Source: Candidatus Komeilibacteria bacterium RIFOXYD1_FULL_37_29 (GTDB taxonomy: Bacteria > Patescibacteriota > Patescibacteriia > UBA1558 > GWA2-36-10). Taken from it: DNA of 32,862 bases. A model generated the notes under the pieces. That model had not been told where the DNA came from, did not search any database, and worked only from the letters and a program-made list of their open reading frames with translations. The DNA lies in assembly GCA_001818495.1 (NCBI GenBank), contig MHKS01000005.1, forward strand, positions 81,326 through 114,187, written 5' to 3'. Made by a program: the position numbers and the translations under genes. Every line of letters begins with the position of its first letter. Within the stretch, counting starts at the first letter, position 1. Positions 14,081 to 21,106 of the stretch are shown in pieces.

Positions 14081-14102
14081 GAAAATATCTGAATATTAAA
14101 TT

Positions 14103-15317
14103 ATGATGAAAAAGTTTTTATTGGTCTTTATTTTCTTATTGTGGCCATTGGCTGGGTATTCAGCTAAGCCGGTGGAGCTTTATTTTTTTTATGCTGACTC
14201 TTGTCCGCATTGCCACAAAGAAGCTTTATTTTTGGATCAGTTGGCTGATGATTATGGAAATAAGTTGGAAATCCATCGCTTAGAGATTGGTGAACCAGAC
14301 AATGTTAGCTTGCTTTTGACTATGGCTCAAGAATTGAAAGTCAGTGTTTCGGGCGTACCTTTTACAGTCATTGGGTTAGAGTATTTTATCGGTTATTACA
14401 ATGATGAAACTACGGGGCAAGAAATCAAAGGGGCTATTGATAATTTATTACAAACAGACAGCAATAATGTTACATGGCCAGTCAAGCCGCTTGGTCAGCC
14501 CGAGCCAAACGGAGCCAGTGAGAAAGTTTTAGAGCAGACAACTGCCAGTTCCGATCAGCTGGTAAGTGATGAACAAATTGATATTCCAGTTTTGGGTCAG
14601 ATTAATCCTCGAGATTTTTCTTTACCAATTTTATCAGTAGTTTTGGGTTTTTTAGATGGTTTCAATCCTTGTGCTATGTGGGCTTTGATATTTTTAATAT
14701 CACTTCTTTTGGGTATGGCCAATAAAAAGCGCATGTGGATTTTGGGTAGTACCTTTATAGTGACTTCCGCTTTTGTTTATTTTATGTTTATGGCGGCTTG
14801 GCTGAATATATTTTTATTTTTAGGTCTGGTTTTGTGGATTAGAATTGCCATTGGCTTGTTGGCACTCGGTGGTGGTGCGTATAATATTCGAGAATTTTTT
14901 AAAAATAAAGCTGGTACTTGTAAATTGGACGGGCAAGCTCAGAAAAAGAGAGTTTTTGATAAATTAAAAACTATTACCGAGCAACCAAGTTTTATCTTGG
15001 CCCTATTCGGTATTGTCCTTTTGGCCATAGCTGTCAATATGGTGGAATTAATTTGCTCAGCTGGACTACCAGCAGTTTACACCCAAGTTTTAGCCCTCAA
15101 TGATTTGAGTACTTTACAGCATTATAGTTATATTTTGCTTTATATTTTCTTTTTTATGTTAGATGACCTATTGGTTTTTATATTGGCCATGGTCACCTTA
15201 CGTCTTACTGGACTGAGTACCAAATACAGTCGTTATTCGTCTCTAGTTGGAGGGGTATTAATGGTTGTTATCGGTTTATTGCTATTATTTCGTTATGAGA
15301 TTTTAACTTTTTCTTAA
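14103..15317 (+). CDS. Exported thioredoxin-fold domain (CPHC) fused to a DsbD/CcdA-like multi-TM thiol-disulfide transfer domain
   Basis: Signal peptide MMKKFLLVFIFLLWPLAGYSA. Thioredoxin/glutaredoxin-like YFFYADSCPHCHKEALFLDQL...GVPFTVIG. The membrane domain has a Cys in TM1 (GFLDGFNPCAMWALIFL) and a second Cys in VELICSAGLPAVY, as in the two-cysteine CcdA/DsbD cores. Confidence 0.7.
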   Translation: MMKKFLLVFIFLLWPLAGYSAKPVELYFFYADSCPHCHKEALFLDQLADDYGNKLEIHRLEIGEPDNVSLLLTMAQELKVSVSGVPFTVIGLEYFIGYYNDETTGQEIKGAIDNLLQTDSNNVTWPVKPLGQPEPNGASEKVLEQTTASSDQLVSDEQIDIPVLGQINPRDFSLPILSVVLGFLDGFNPCAMWALIFLISLLLGMANKKRMWILGSTFIVTSAFVYFMFMAAWLNIFLFLGLVLWIRIAIGLLALGGGAYNIREFFKNKAGTCKLDGQAQKKRVFDKLKTITEQPSFILALFGIVLLAIAVNMVELICSAGLPAVYTQVLALNDLSTLQHYSYILLYIFFFMLDDLLVFILAMVTLRLTGLSTKYSRYSSLVGGVLMVVIGLLLLFRYEILTFS

Positions 15318-15320
15318 ACA

Positions 15321-15350
15321 AAAAATCCCGCGTCAAACGCGGGGATTTTT
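15321..15350. terminator. Bidirectional terminator, copy 1 of a repeated palindrome
   Basis: AAAAATCCCGCG-tcaaa-CGCGGGGATTTTT lies between convergent genes. It shares an identical 19-nt core, CGTCAAACGCGGGGATTTT, with the reverse complement of 21073-21106. Confidence 0.75.
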
Positions 15351-16765
15351 TATTTGATGTATTTTGCGTATTTAAGATAGTTGGGGCTATTTTTCCAAGT
15401 GTGCCAGTCTATATCTGGATGAACGGTGTAGCCATCTAATTTTATATACATGACAATGGCATCAATTGGGTAATCGCCATAGCTATAAGCATTAATTAGC
15501 ATTTGCCAGGTGCTAGGGCTTATATAAATATAAGGTATTTTTTTATCGACAGCTTTTTTTAGTTCAGTCGCTTTACTTTGCTCATATTTTAGATCTAAGC
15601 GTGGCTGTCCGTAAAAAAAGTCTATTTTTTTATTCCACTGGCCAGGACCAAAAGGATTGTAGCCGTTTTGTACTTCTGTTCCGTCACGGTAGCCATCATT
15701 ATCGGTGTCAGAATCTTGGGGATCGGTACCAATGGTTATTTCAAAGCTGTTGCTTAATTTATCATTGTCATCATCAGGATTATTAGCAGCATCTTTGATA
15801 CCCAGGACAGCTCCCTTTTTGGTAATAAAGCTAAGTCCCTTTACTTCGGCTTTCTTTTTGTATAAAGATCCGTAAACAGAGATATTATAATAATAAGTAG
15901 TGTCTGGTTTGAGCTCTTTGATAGTGACTTCATGATCAGTACTAATCTGTGCTTCATTAATTTGTATTTTTTTAGTCAATCTATTAGGGTCAGCCCCATA
16001 TTTGATGTATGATTTTGTCGGCAGATTAGTTTCAAATTTTATGGTAGCCTGATTAGTTGACACAAGGTTGTTAGCAGAACTAATGGGCTCAATGTTTTTG
16101 ATATTGATAACACTGGCCTTATTAAATTGAGCATAAATATTTACATGTAAAGTGGCACTTTTTTTATTACCAGCTTTATCATGGATAGTTATTTTAATAT
16201 AATACTCCGAGTAGGTATCTAAATTGTAGACAAAATACTCATGATATTTTTTATAGCTACTTATTTTTTTGGTAGTTTTTTTAGTGCTATCTCCTTTTTT
16301 ATAATATTGGATTTCGGCGGCTACTTTTTCACTAGCCTCCCAAGATATAGCCACGGCATTGCCAACGGTCTGGATGACCTGATGATCTATAAAACTAGGC
16401 GCTTGGGTGTCTAACATATCTTTGGTAGAAAAAGATCGAGGATAGAGGGTTGTTTTCTCCCCATCGTTTGAGTATAGGATTATCTGGTAATAATAATTTT
16501 TGTTTTCTTCTAGACCATAAAGATTGGCTTGGTGAATTTTTTTGGCCGGGTAAGATAACTTTTTATCTAACTTGGTGGCCTCTAAACCATAGTAAACTTC
16601 GCTCCTAGCATAATCATTGGTTGTCCATTTTAAAATCGCTTGGCCGTCTTTGATGTCTCCTATTTGTATATTATAAACAGAGATTTGAGCTGAAACGCTA
16701 AATCCATAGGCAAAGGAGCTAACTCCTAAGGCGATAATTAATACTATTTTTAGCCAATTTTTCAT
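15350..16765 (-). CDS. Secreted protein: signal peptide, three FN3-like repeats, an Asp-rich TSP3-like Ca-binding segment and a C-terminal domain
   Basis: I use the ATG at 16765 (MKNWLKIVLIIALGVSSFAYG) because a perfect promoter lies inside the longer ORF-track version (to 16810). Repeats end in NYYYQIILYS, EYYIKITIHD and TYYYNISVYG. The Asp-rich segment is NPDDDNDKLSN...DPQDSDTDNDGYRDGTEV. Confidence 0.75.
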   Translation of the reverse strand: MKNWLKIVLIIALGVSSFAYGFSVSAQISVYNIQIGDIKDGQAILKWTTNDYARSEVYYGLEATKLDKKLSYPAKKIHQANLYGLEENKNYYYQIILYSNDGEKTTLYPRSFSTKDMLDTQAPSFIDHQVIQTVGNAVAISWEASEKVAAEIQYYKKGDSTKKTTKKISSYKKYHEYFVYNLDTYSEYYIKITIHDKAGNKKSATLHVNIYAQFNKASVINIKNIEPISSANNLVSTNQATIKFETNLPTKSYIKYGADPNRLTKKIQINEAQISTDHEVTIKELKPDTTYYYNISVYGSLYKKKAEVKGLSFITKKGAVLGIKDAANNPDDDNDKLSNSFEITIGTDPQDSDTDNDGYRDGTEVQNGYNPFGPGQWNKKIDFFYGQPRLDLKYEQSKATELKKAVDKKIPYIYISPSTWQMLINAYSYGDYPIDAIVMYIKLDGYTVHPDIDWHTWKNSPNYLKYAKYIK

Positions 16766-16798
16766 AAATATAGCTGTTTTTCTATTATTTAATATGGA

Positions 16799-16827
16799 AT
16801 TATAACACATTTTATAAAATATGTCAA
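16799..16827 (-). promoter_or_regulatory. Perfect consensus promoter TTGACA-17-TATAAT
   Basis: The minus strand reads TTGACA (16827-16822) tattttataaaatgtgt TATAAT (16804-16799). The upstream ATG at 16810 lies inside the spacer. Confidence 0.7.
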
Positions 16828-16923
16828 TAAAATACTCTCGCTCACTAATCCATATTTTTGACGGCTATTTTTTCCAGTCCTAATTAGAGCTTACTACAAA
16901 AGTCTACTAAAAAAAAGAGATTG

Positions 16924-16969
16924 ATCCAGCCCCTCGCGCTTGCCTGCCGGTAGGCAGGAAGGGTTGGAT
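16924..16969. other. GC-rich 46-nt compound stem-loop in a divergent promoter region
   Basis: Outer helix ATCCAGCCC/GGGTTGGAT (one G-T pair), internal loop, inner hairpin CCTGCC-ggta-GGCAGG. On the minus strand it is followed after 7 nt by T8 (16916-16909). Its 3' end abuts the TTGACA at 16969-16974. Confidence 0.4.
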
Positions 16970-17014
16970 TGACAATCATAGCTTTTTCGATAAAATGATT
17001 AAATCTGTTATAAT
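16969..17014 (+). promoter_or_regulatory. tsaD promoter region: TTGACA-16-TAAAAT, plus a second TATAAT 6 nt before the ATG that would give a leaderless start
   Basis: TTGACA 16969-16974 and TAAAAT 16991-16996. TATAAT at 17009-17014 is followed by actatt and then ATG 17021. No SD. Confidence 0.5.
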
Positions 17015-17020
17015 ACTATT

Positions 17021-18061
17021 ATGAAAATATTAGCTATTGAATCATCTTGTGATGAAACGGCTATGGCCATTTTGGAGGGCAACAGCCGCTCTTTAAAATT
17101 GAAGAAAAATATAGTTTATTCCCAAGCTAATATTCACAAACAATATGGTGGCGTCGTGCCAGAAGTAGCCGCTCGTCAACATGTGGAAACTATCATTCCG
17201 GTAATGGATAATCTCTTAGGAAAAAGTAGACTGGCCACTATAGATTATGTAGCTGTAACCAGCGGACCAGGACTGATCACTTCATTGGTTTTGGGTGTGA
17301 CAGCGGCCAAAACTTTGGCCTGGGCCAGTTCCTTACCTTTGATAGGTGTAAATCATATTGAGGGTCATATTTATTCCAATTGGCTAAGTAACAAAAAACT
17401 GGTAGCTGATGATGCTAAATTGTTTCCAGCTCTGGTACTGATTGTTTCTGGTGGTCACACAGAATTGGTGTTAATGAAAAATCACGGAGATTACAAATTG
17501 TTGGGTCAGACTTTAGATGATGCCGCTGGCGAAGCCTATGATAAAGTAGCCAAGCTTTTAAATCTTGGCTATCCGGGTGGTCCAATAGTCAGTCAAATGG
17601 CCAAAGATGGCAATCCAAAAGCTTATACATTCCCGCGACCGATGATTGATCGACCGGATTATAATTTTTCTTTTTCAGGTCTCAAGACAGCGGTGCTTTA
17701 TGCTCTGGAAAAGAAGCAGCAAGTCAGCTCTCAAGATGTGAAAGATATTTGCGCTTCTTTCCAAGTAGCTTTAGTAGAGGTTTTGGTGGCAAAGACCATC
17801 AAAGCAGCGAAGGAGCAGGGAGCTAAGGCAATTTTACTGGCTGGCGGAGTTTCAGCCAATGATAATTTAAAAAAACATCTGGCTCAAAAAGCCAAAGAAA
17901 TAAATTTGCCGTTTTTTTATCCAGACTTAAAATATACTGGAGACAATGCCGCTATGATTGCTGTAGCCGCTTATTATAATATCAATCATCAGAGGAACAA
18001 AGTATTGGTTGGTAACAAGGTTTTTGATTTGGTGCCACAAGCGAACTGGCAACTAGTTTAA
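17021..18061 (+). CDS. tsaD: tRNA N6-adenosine threonylcarbamoyltransferase TsaD (Kae1/Gcp family)
   Basis: ILAIESSCDETAMAIL, GVNHIEGHI (metal-binding His pair), SGGHTEL, GEAYDKVAKLLNLGYPGGP, FSFSGLKTAV and LAGGVSAN. Confidence 0.95.
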   Translation: MKILAIESSCDETAMAILEGNSRSLKLKKNIVYSQANIHKQYGGVVPEVAARQHVETIIPVMDNLLGKSRLATIDYVAVTSGPGLITSLVLGVTAAKTLAWASSLPLIGVNHIEGHIYSNWLSNKKLVADDAKLFPALVLIVSGGHTELVLMKNHGDYKLLGQTLDDAAGEAYDKVAKLLNLGYPGGPIVSQMAKDGNPKAYTFPRPMIDRPDYNFSFSGLKTAVLYALEKKQQVSSQDVKDICASFQVALVEVLVAKTIKAAKEQGAKAILLAGGVSANDNLKKHLAQKAKEINLPFFYPDLKYTGDNAAMIAVAAYYNINHQRNKVLVGNKVFDLVPQANWQLV

Positions 18062-18070
18062 ATAATATTT

Positions 18071-18099
18071 TTGAGATATTTTAGTAGCTGCGGTATAAT
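18071..18099 (+). promoter_or_regulatory. Promoter TTGAGA-17-TATAAT placed 6 nt before the tsaE ATG, predicting a leaderless mRNA
   Basis: TTGAGA (18071-18076) tattttagtagctgcgg TATAAT (18094-18099) atcagc ATG (18106). Confidence 0.55.
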
Positions 18100-18105
18100 A
18101 TCAGC

Positions 18106-18528
18106 ATGAGAGAATATACAGTTAAAAATCTGACAGAAACAAAAAAGATTGCTACTCAATTGGCCAAAGAATTAGTAGGGGGAGAACTTTTGGCACTGAC
18201 GGGAAATTTGGGAGCTGGTAAAACTGCTTTTATCCAGGCTCTGGCCAAAACTTTGGGAGTCAAAGAAAATATTACCAGCCCGACTTTTGTTTTGATGAAG
18301 GTCTATGATATCAAGTATAGAAAGGCTAAAAAATTTGTCCATGTAGATTGCTATCGTTTATCTGGTCATGAAGATTTATTTGATATTGGACTGGGGGATT
18401 ATTTAAATTATGATACAGTGATAGTGGCGATAGAATGGGCCGATAAAATAGCCAATTTGCCCGATCGAACTATTAGAATAAATATGGAGTTGGTAGAGAA
18501 TAATAAAAGAAAAATAACGGTTAGTTGA
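18106..18528 (+). CDS. tsaE: tRNA threonylcarbamoyladenosine biosynthesis ATPase TsaE (YjeE)
   Basis: 140 aa. Walker A LTGNLGAGKTAFIQALAK, SPTFVLM, HVDCYRL and IEWAD. Confidence 0.9.
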   Translation: MREYTVKNLTETKKIATQLAKELVGGELLALTGNLGAGKTAFIQALAKTLGVKENITSPTFVLMKVYDIKYRKAKKFVHVDCYRLSGHEDLFDIGLGDYLNYDTVIVAIEWADKIANLPDRTIRINMELVENNKRKITVS

Positions 18529-18530
18529 TT

Positions 18531-21068
18531 ATGCCTAAAAAACTTGAAGAAATGGCCAAGGCTTATGAGCCGGGCAAATATGAAGCAGAGATTTATAAGA
18601 CTTGGGAAAAGTCCGGCTTTTTTAATCCAGACAATTTAAAAACTCGCGGTAAGCCCTTTGTGATTTCTATGCCGCCACCCAATGCCACGGGGATTTTACA
18701 TCTTGGTCATGCTTCTACTTTTGCCTATGAAGATTTGATGGTTAGATATCATCGGTTAAAAGGCGACAAGACTCTCTGGGTGCCAGGCACTGATCACGCC
18801 GCCATTGCTACTCAAACCAAGGTAGAAAAAATTTTAGCCGCTGAGGGCAGTGGTCGCGAAAAGTTGGGGCGAGATAAATTTTTGACTAGAGTCAAACAAT
18901 TTGTGGCCCAGTCACAAGATACTATTCGCAATCAAACTCGCAAAATGGGCTCTAGCTGTGACTGGTCAAGAGAAAGATATACGCTGGACGAAGGATTATC
19001 CCAGGCAGTTAACGAGGCCTTTGTCCGAATGTACAATGATGGTCTGATTTATCGAGGAAATAGAATAGTCAATTGGTGTCCGCGTTGCGGTTCTACTTTG
19101 GCTGATGATGAGGTAGAATATATTGAGAAAAAAACACCCTTTTATTATTTTAAATATGGTCCAGTAACTATTGGCACGGCTCGGCCAGAAACAAAATTTG
19201 CTGATAAGATAATAGTTGTCCATCCAGATGATGAGCGTTATCAAGATATTATTGGTAAGGAATTTGAAGTCGAGTGGATAGACGGAAAGATAAAGGCCAG
19301 AGTAATTGCTGATCCTATAGCCGACAAAGAAAAAGGTACCGGTGCTATGACCATTACCCCAGCACATAGTTTTGTAGATTTTGATTTAGCCAAAAAATAT
19401 AATTTGCCAATTGAACAAATTATTGATAAAGATGGAAAGTTGACCAAAGCCGCTGGTCAGTTCGTTGGCTTGTCGGTAATGGAAGGGCGTAAAAAAGTAG
19501 TAGAGATTTTAGAGAGTAAAGGTTTGGTGGAAAAAATAGATTATGATTATATTCACAATTTGTCAGTTTGCTATCGCTGTGAAACTCCGGTTGAGCCACT
19601 GACCTCTGAGCAGTGGTTTGTAGCGGTGGATAAAAAAATACCTGGACGCAACAAGACCTTAAAGCAATTGGCTACTAAGGTAGTCAAAAGTGGGCAGATT
19701 AAGATTTTGCCGGAAAGATTTAATAAAATTTATTATCACTGGATGGACAATCTCCATGACTGGTGTATCTCCAGACAAATTTGGTGGGGGCATCGTATTC
19801 CGGTTTGGTATGATAGTGAGGGGAAAGCGATTGTAGCTATTGATAAAAAATCAGCCGAGCTTCAAGCCAAGGGTAAAAAATTAAGACAAGATGAAGATAC
19901 TTTGGACACGTGGTTTTCTTCGGCTTTATGGACTTTTTCTACCTTGGGTTGGCCGGCTAAAACCGAAGATTTCAAAAAATTTCATCCAACTTCAGTGATG
20001 GAAACTGGTTATGATATTATATTTTTCTGGGTAGCGCGGATGATTTTGATGAGTGAGTATCTTTTAAAAGACAAGCCTTTTGAAACAGTTTATCTACACG
20101 GCATGATCAGAGACAAAGAAGGTCGCAAGATGTCCAAGTCTTTGGGCAATGGCATCGACCCTTTGGATATGATTGCTAAATTTGGCACCGATGCTCTGCG
20201 TTTGTCTTTGATTATTGGTTCAGCGCCCGGCGCAGACTTGAGATTGTATGAAGAAAAAATTGCTGGTTATCGAAATTTTGTTAATAAGCTTTGGAATATT
20301 TCTAGGTTTATTTTTACTTCGGTTAAAGCCGTAAAAAGAATAAACAAACAACCCAAAGCAAAGACTTTGGCCGATCGTTGGATTTTGGCAGAATTTAATC
20401 AACTAATAAAACAAGTGACAGGTGATCTGGAAGAGTATCGGTTTTCATCCGCTGGGGAAAAGCTGTATGAATTTTCTTGGTCTAAATTAGCTGATTGGTA
20501 TTTGGAAATTGCTAAAATAGAAAAATCCAAGGATGATATTTTGCTTTATATTTTGGAGAGGTTATTAATTTTATCTCATCCCTTTACGCCTTTTGTCACC
20601 GAGTTGATTTGGCGGCAGTTTGGTAGTGGCACCTTGCTGATGGTAGACAAATGGCCAAGGGCCTCTAAATTTGATGATAAAATCATGGCGGATTTTAGTG
20701 AGCTCAAAGAGCTGATTGTAGCGATTAGAAATATTAAAGCGGCCAACAAGATTGCGCCGACGGATTTTCCGGATTGTTATATTGTTAGTGAATTTTTGGA
20801 CAAAGAATATTTGGCCTTAGCCGCTCAAATGTCTCGAGTAAATTTGGTAGAGACCAAGCTGGAGCTAGAACCGATTATGATAAATAGTAGCCAGGTCTAT
20901 ATAAATTTAAAAAGGGAATTATCTAATAAAGAGAGACAGTCTTTGGAGCAGTATATAAAAAATACACAAGATAAATTGGCCAATCAGGATTTTATGGCCC
21001 ATGCTCCGCAAAAAGTTATTGCCGATATACAAAAAAAGTTAGCCGAGGCTAAACAAAAATTACAATAA
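18531..21068 (+). CDS. valS: Valine--tRNA ligase
   Basis: PPPNATGILHLGHA (HIGH), CPRCGS editing-domain context, DWCISRQIWWGHRIP, KMSKSLGN and a C-terminal coiled coil. The ORF track starts at TTG 18525. I prefer ATG 18531, 2 nt after the tsaE stop. Confidence 0.95.
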   Translation: MPKKLEEMAKAYEPGKYEAEIYKTWEKSGFFNPDNLKTRGKPFVISMPPPNATGILHLGHASTFAYEDLMVRYHRLKGDKTLWVPGTDHAAIATQTKVEKILAAEGSGREKLGRDKFLTRVKQFVAQSQDTIRNQTRKMGSSCDWSRERYTLDEGLSQAVNEAFVRMYNDGLIYRGNRIVNWCPRCGSTLADDEVEYIEKKTPFYYFKYGPVTIGTARPETKFADKIIVVHPDDERYQDIIGKEFEVEWIDGKIKARVIADPIADKEKGTGAMTITPAHSFVDFDLAKKYNLPIEQIIDKDGKLTKAAGQFVGLSVMEGRKKVVEILESKGLVEKIDYDYIHNLSVCYRCETPVEPLTSEQWFVAVDKKIPGRNKTLKQLATKVVKSGQIKILPERFNKIYYHWMDNLHDWCISRQIWWGHRIPVWYDSEGKAIVAIDKKSAELQAKGKKLRQDEDTLDTWFSSALWTFSTLGWPAKTEDFKKFHPTSVMETGYDIIFFWVARMILMSEYLLKDKPFETVYLHGMIRDKEGRKMSKSLGNGIDPLDMIAKFGTDALRLSLIIGSAPGADLRLYEEKIAGYRNFVNKLWNISRFIFTSVKAVKRINKQPKAKTLADRWILAEFNQLIKQVTGDLEEYRFSSAGEKLYEFSWSKLADWYLEIAKIEKSKDDILLYILERLLILSHPFTPFVTELIWRQFGSGTLLMVDKWPRASKFDDKIMADFSELKELIVAIRNIKAANKIAPTDFPDCYIVSEFLDKEYLALAAQMSRVNLVETKLELEPIMINSSQVYINLKRELSNKERQSLEQYIKNTQDKLANQDFMAHAPQKVIADIQKKLAEAKQKLQ

Positions 21069-21072
21069 TTAT

Positions 21073-21106
21073 AAAATCCCCGCGTTTGACGTGGGGATTT
21101 ATTTTT
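21073..21106. terminator. Bidirectional terminator, copy 2 (inverted) of the repeated palindrome
   Basis: AAAATCCCCGCG-tttga-CGTGGGGATTTATTTTT lies between convergent valS and pilB. Its reverse complement differs from the 15321 copy only in the 5' arm. Confidence 0.75.

Noticed and set aside
18525-18530. TTG start for valS given by the ORF track (MIMPKK)
   Set aside because: An ATG lies 6 nt downstream (18531), 2 nt after the tsaE stop. The TTG overlaps the tsaE stop and adds only two residues. I kept the ATG, but this is not decisive.
14250-19110. CTGATGA motifs that might indicate hammerhead ribozyme cores (near 14250, 17405 and 19100)
   Set aside because: All of them lie inside well-supported coding sequences, without the flanking helices or the GAAA element required.
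18996-20402. Minus-strand ORFs 18996-19367, 19241-19447 and 20220-20402 inside valS
   Set aside because: They are antisense to valS, which carries the HIGH and KMSKS motifs.
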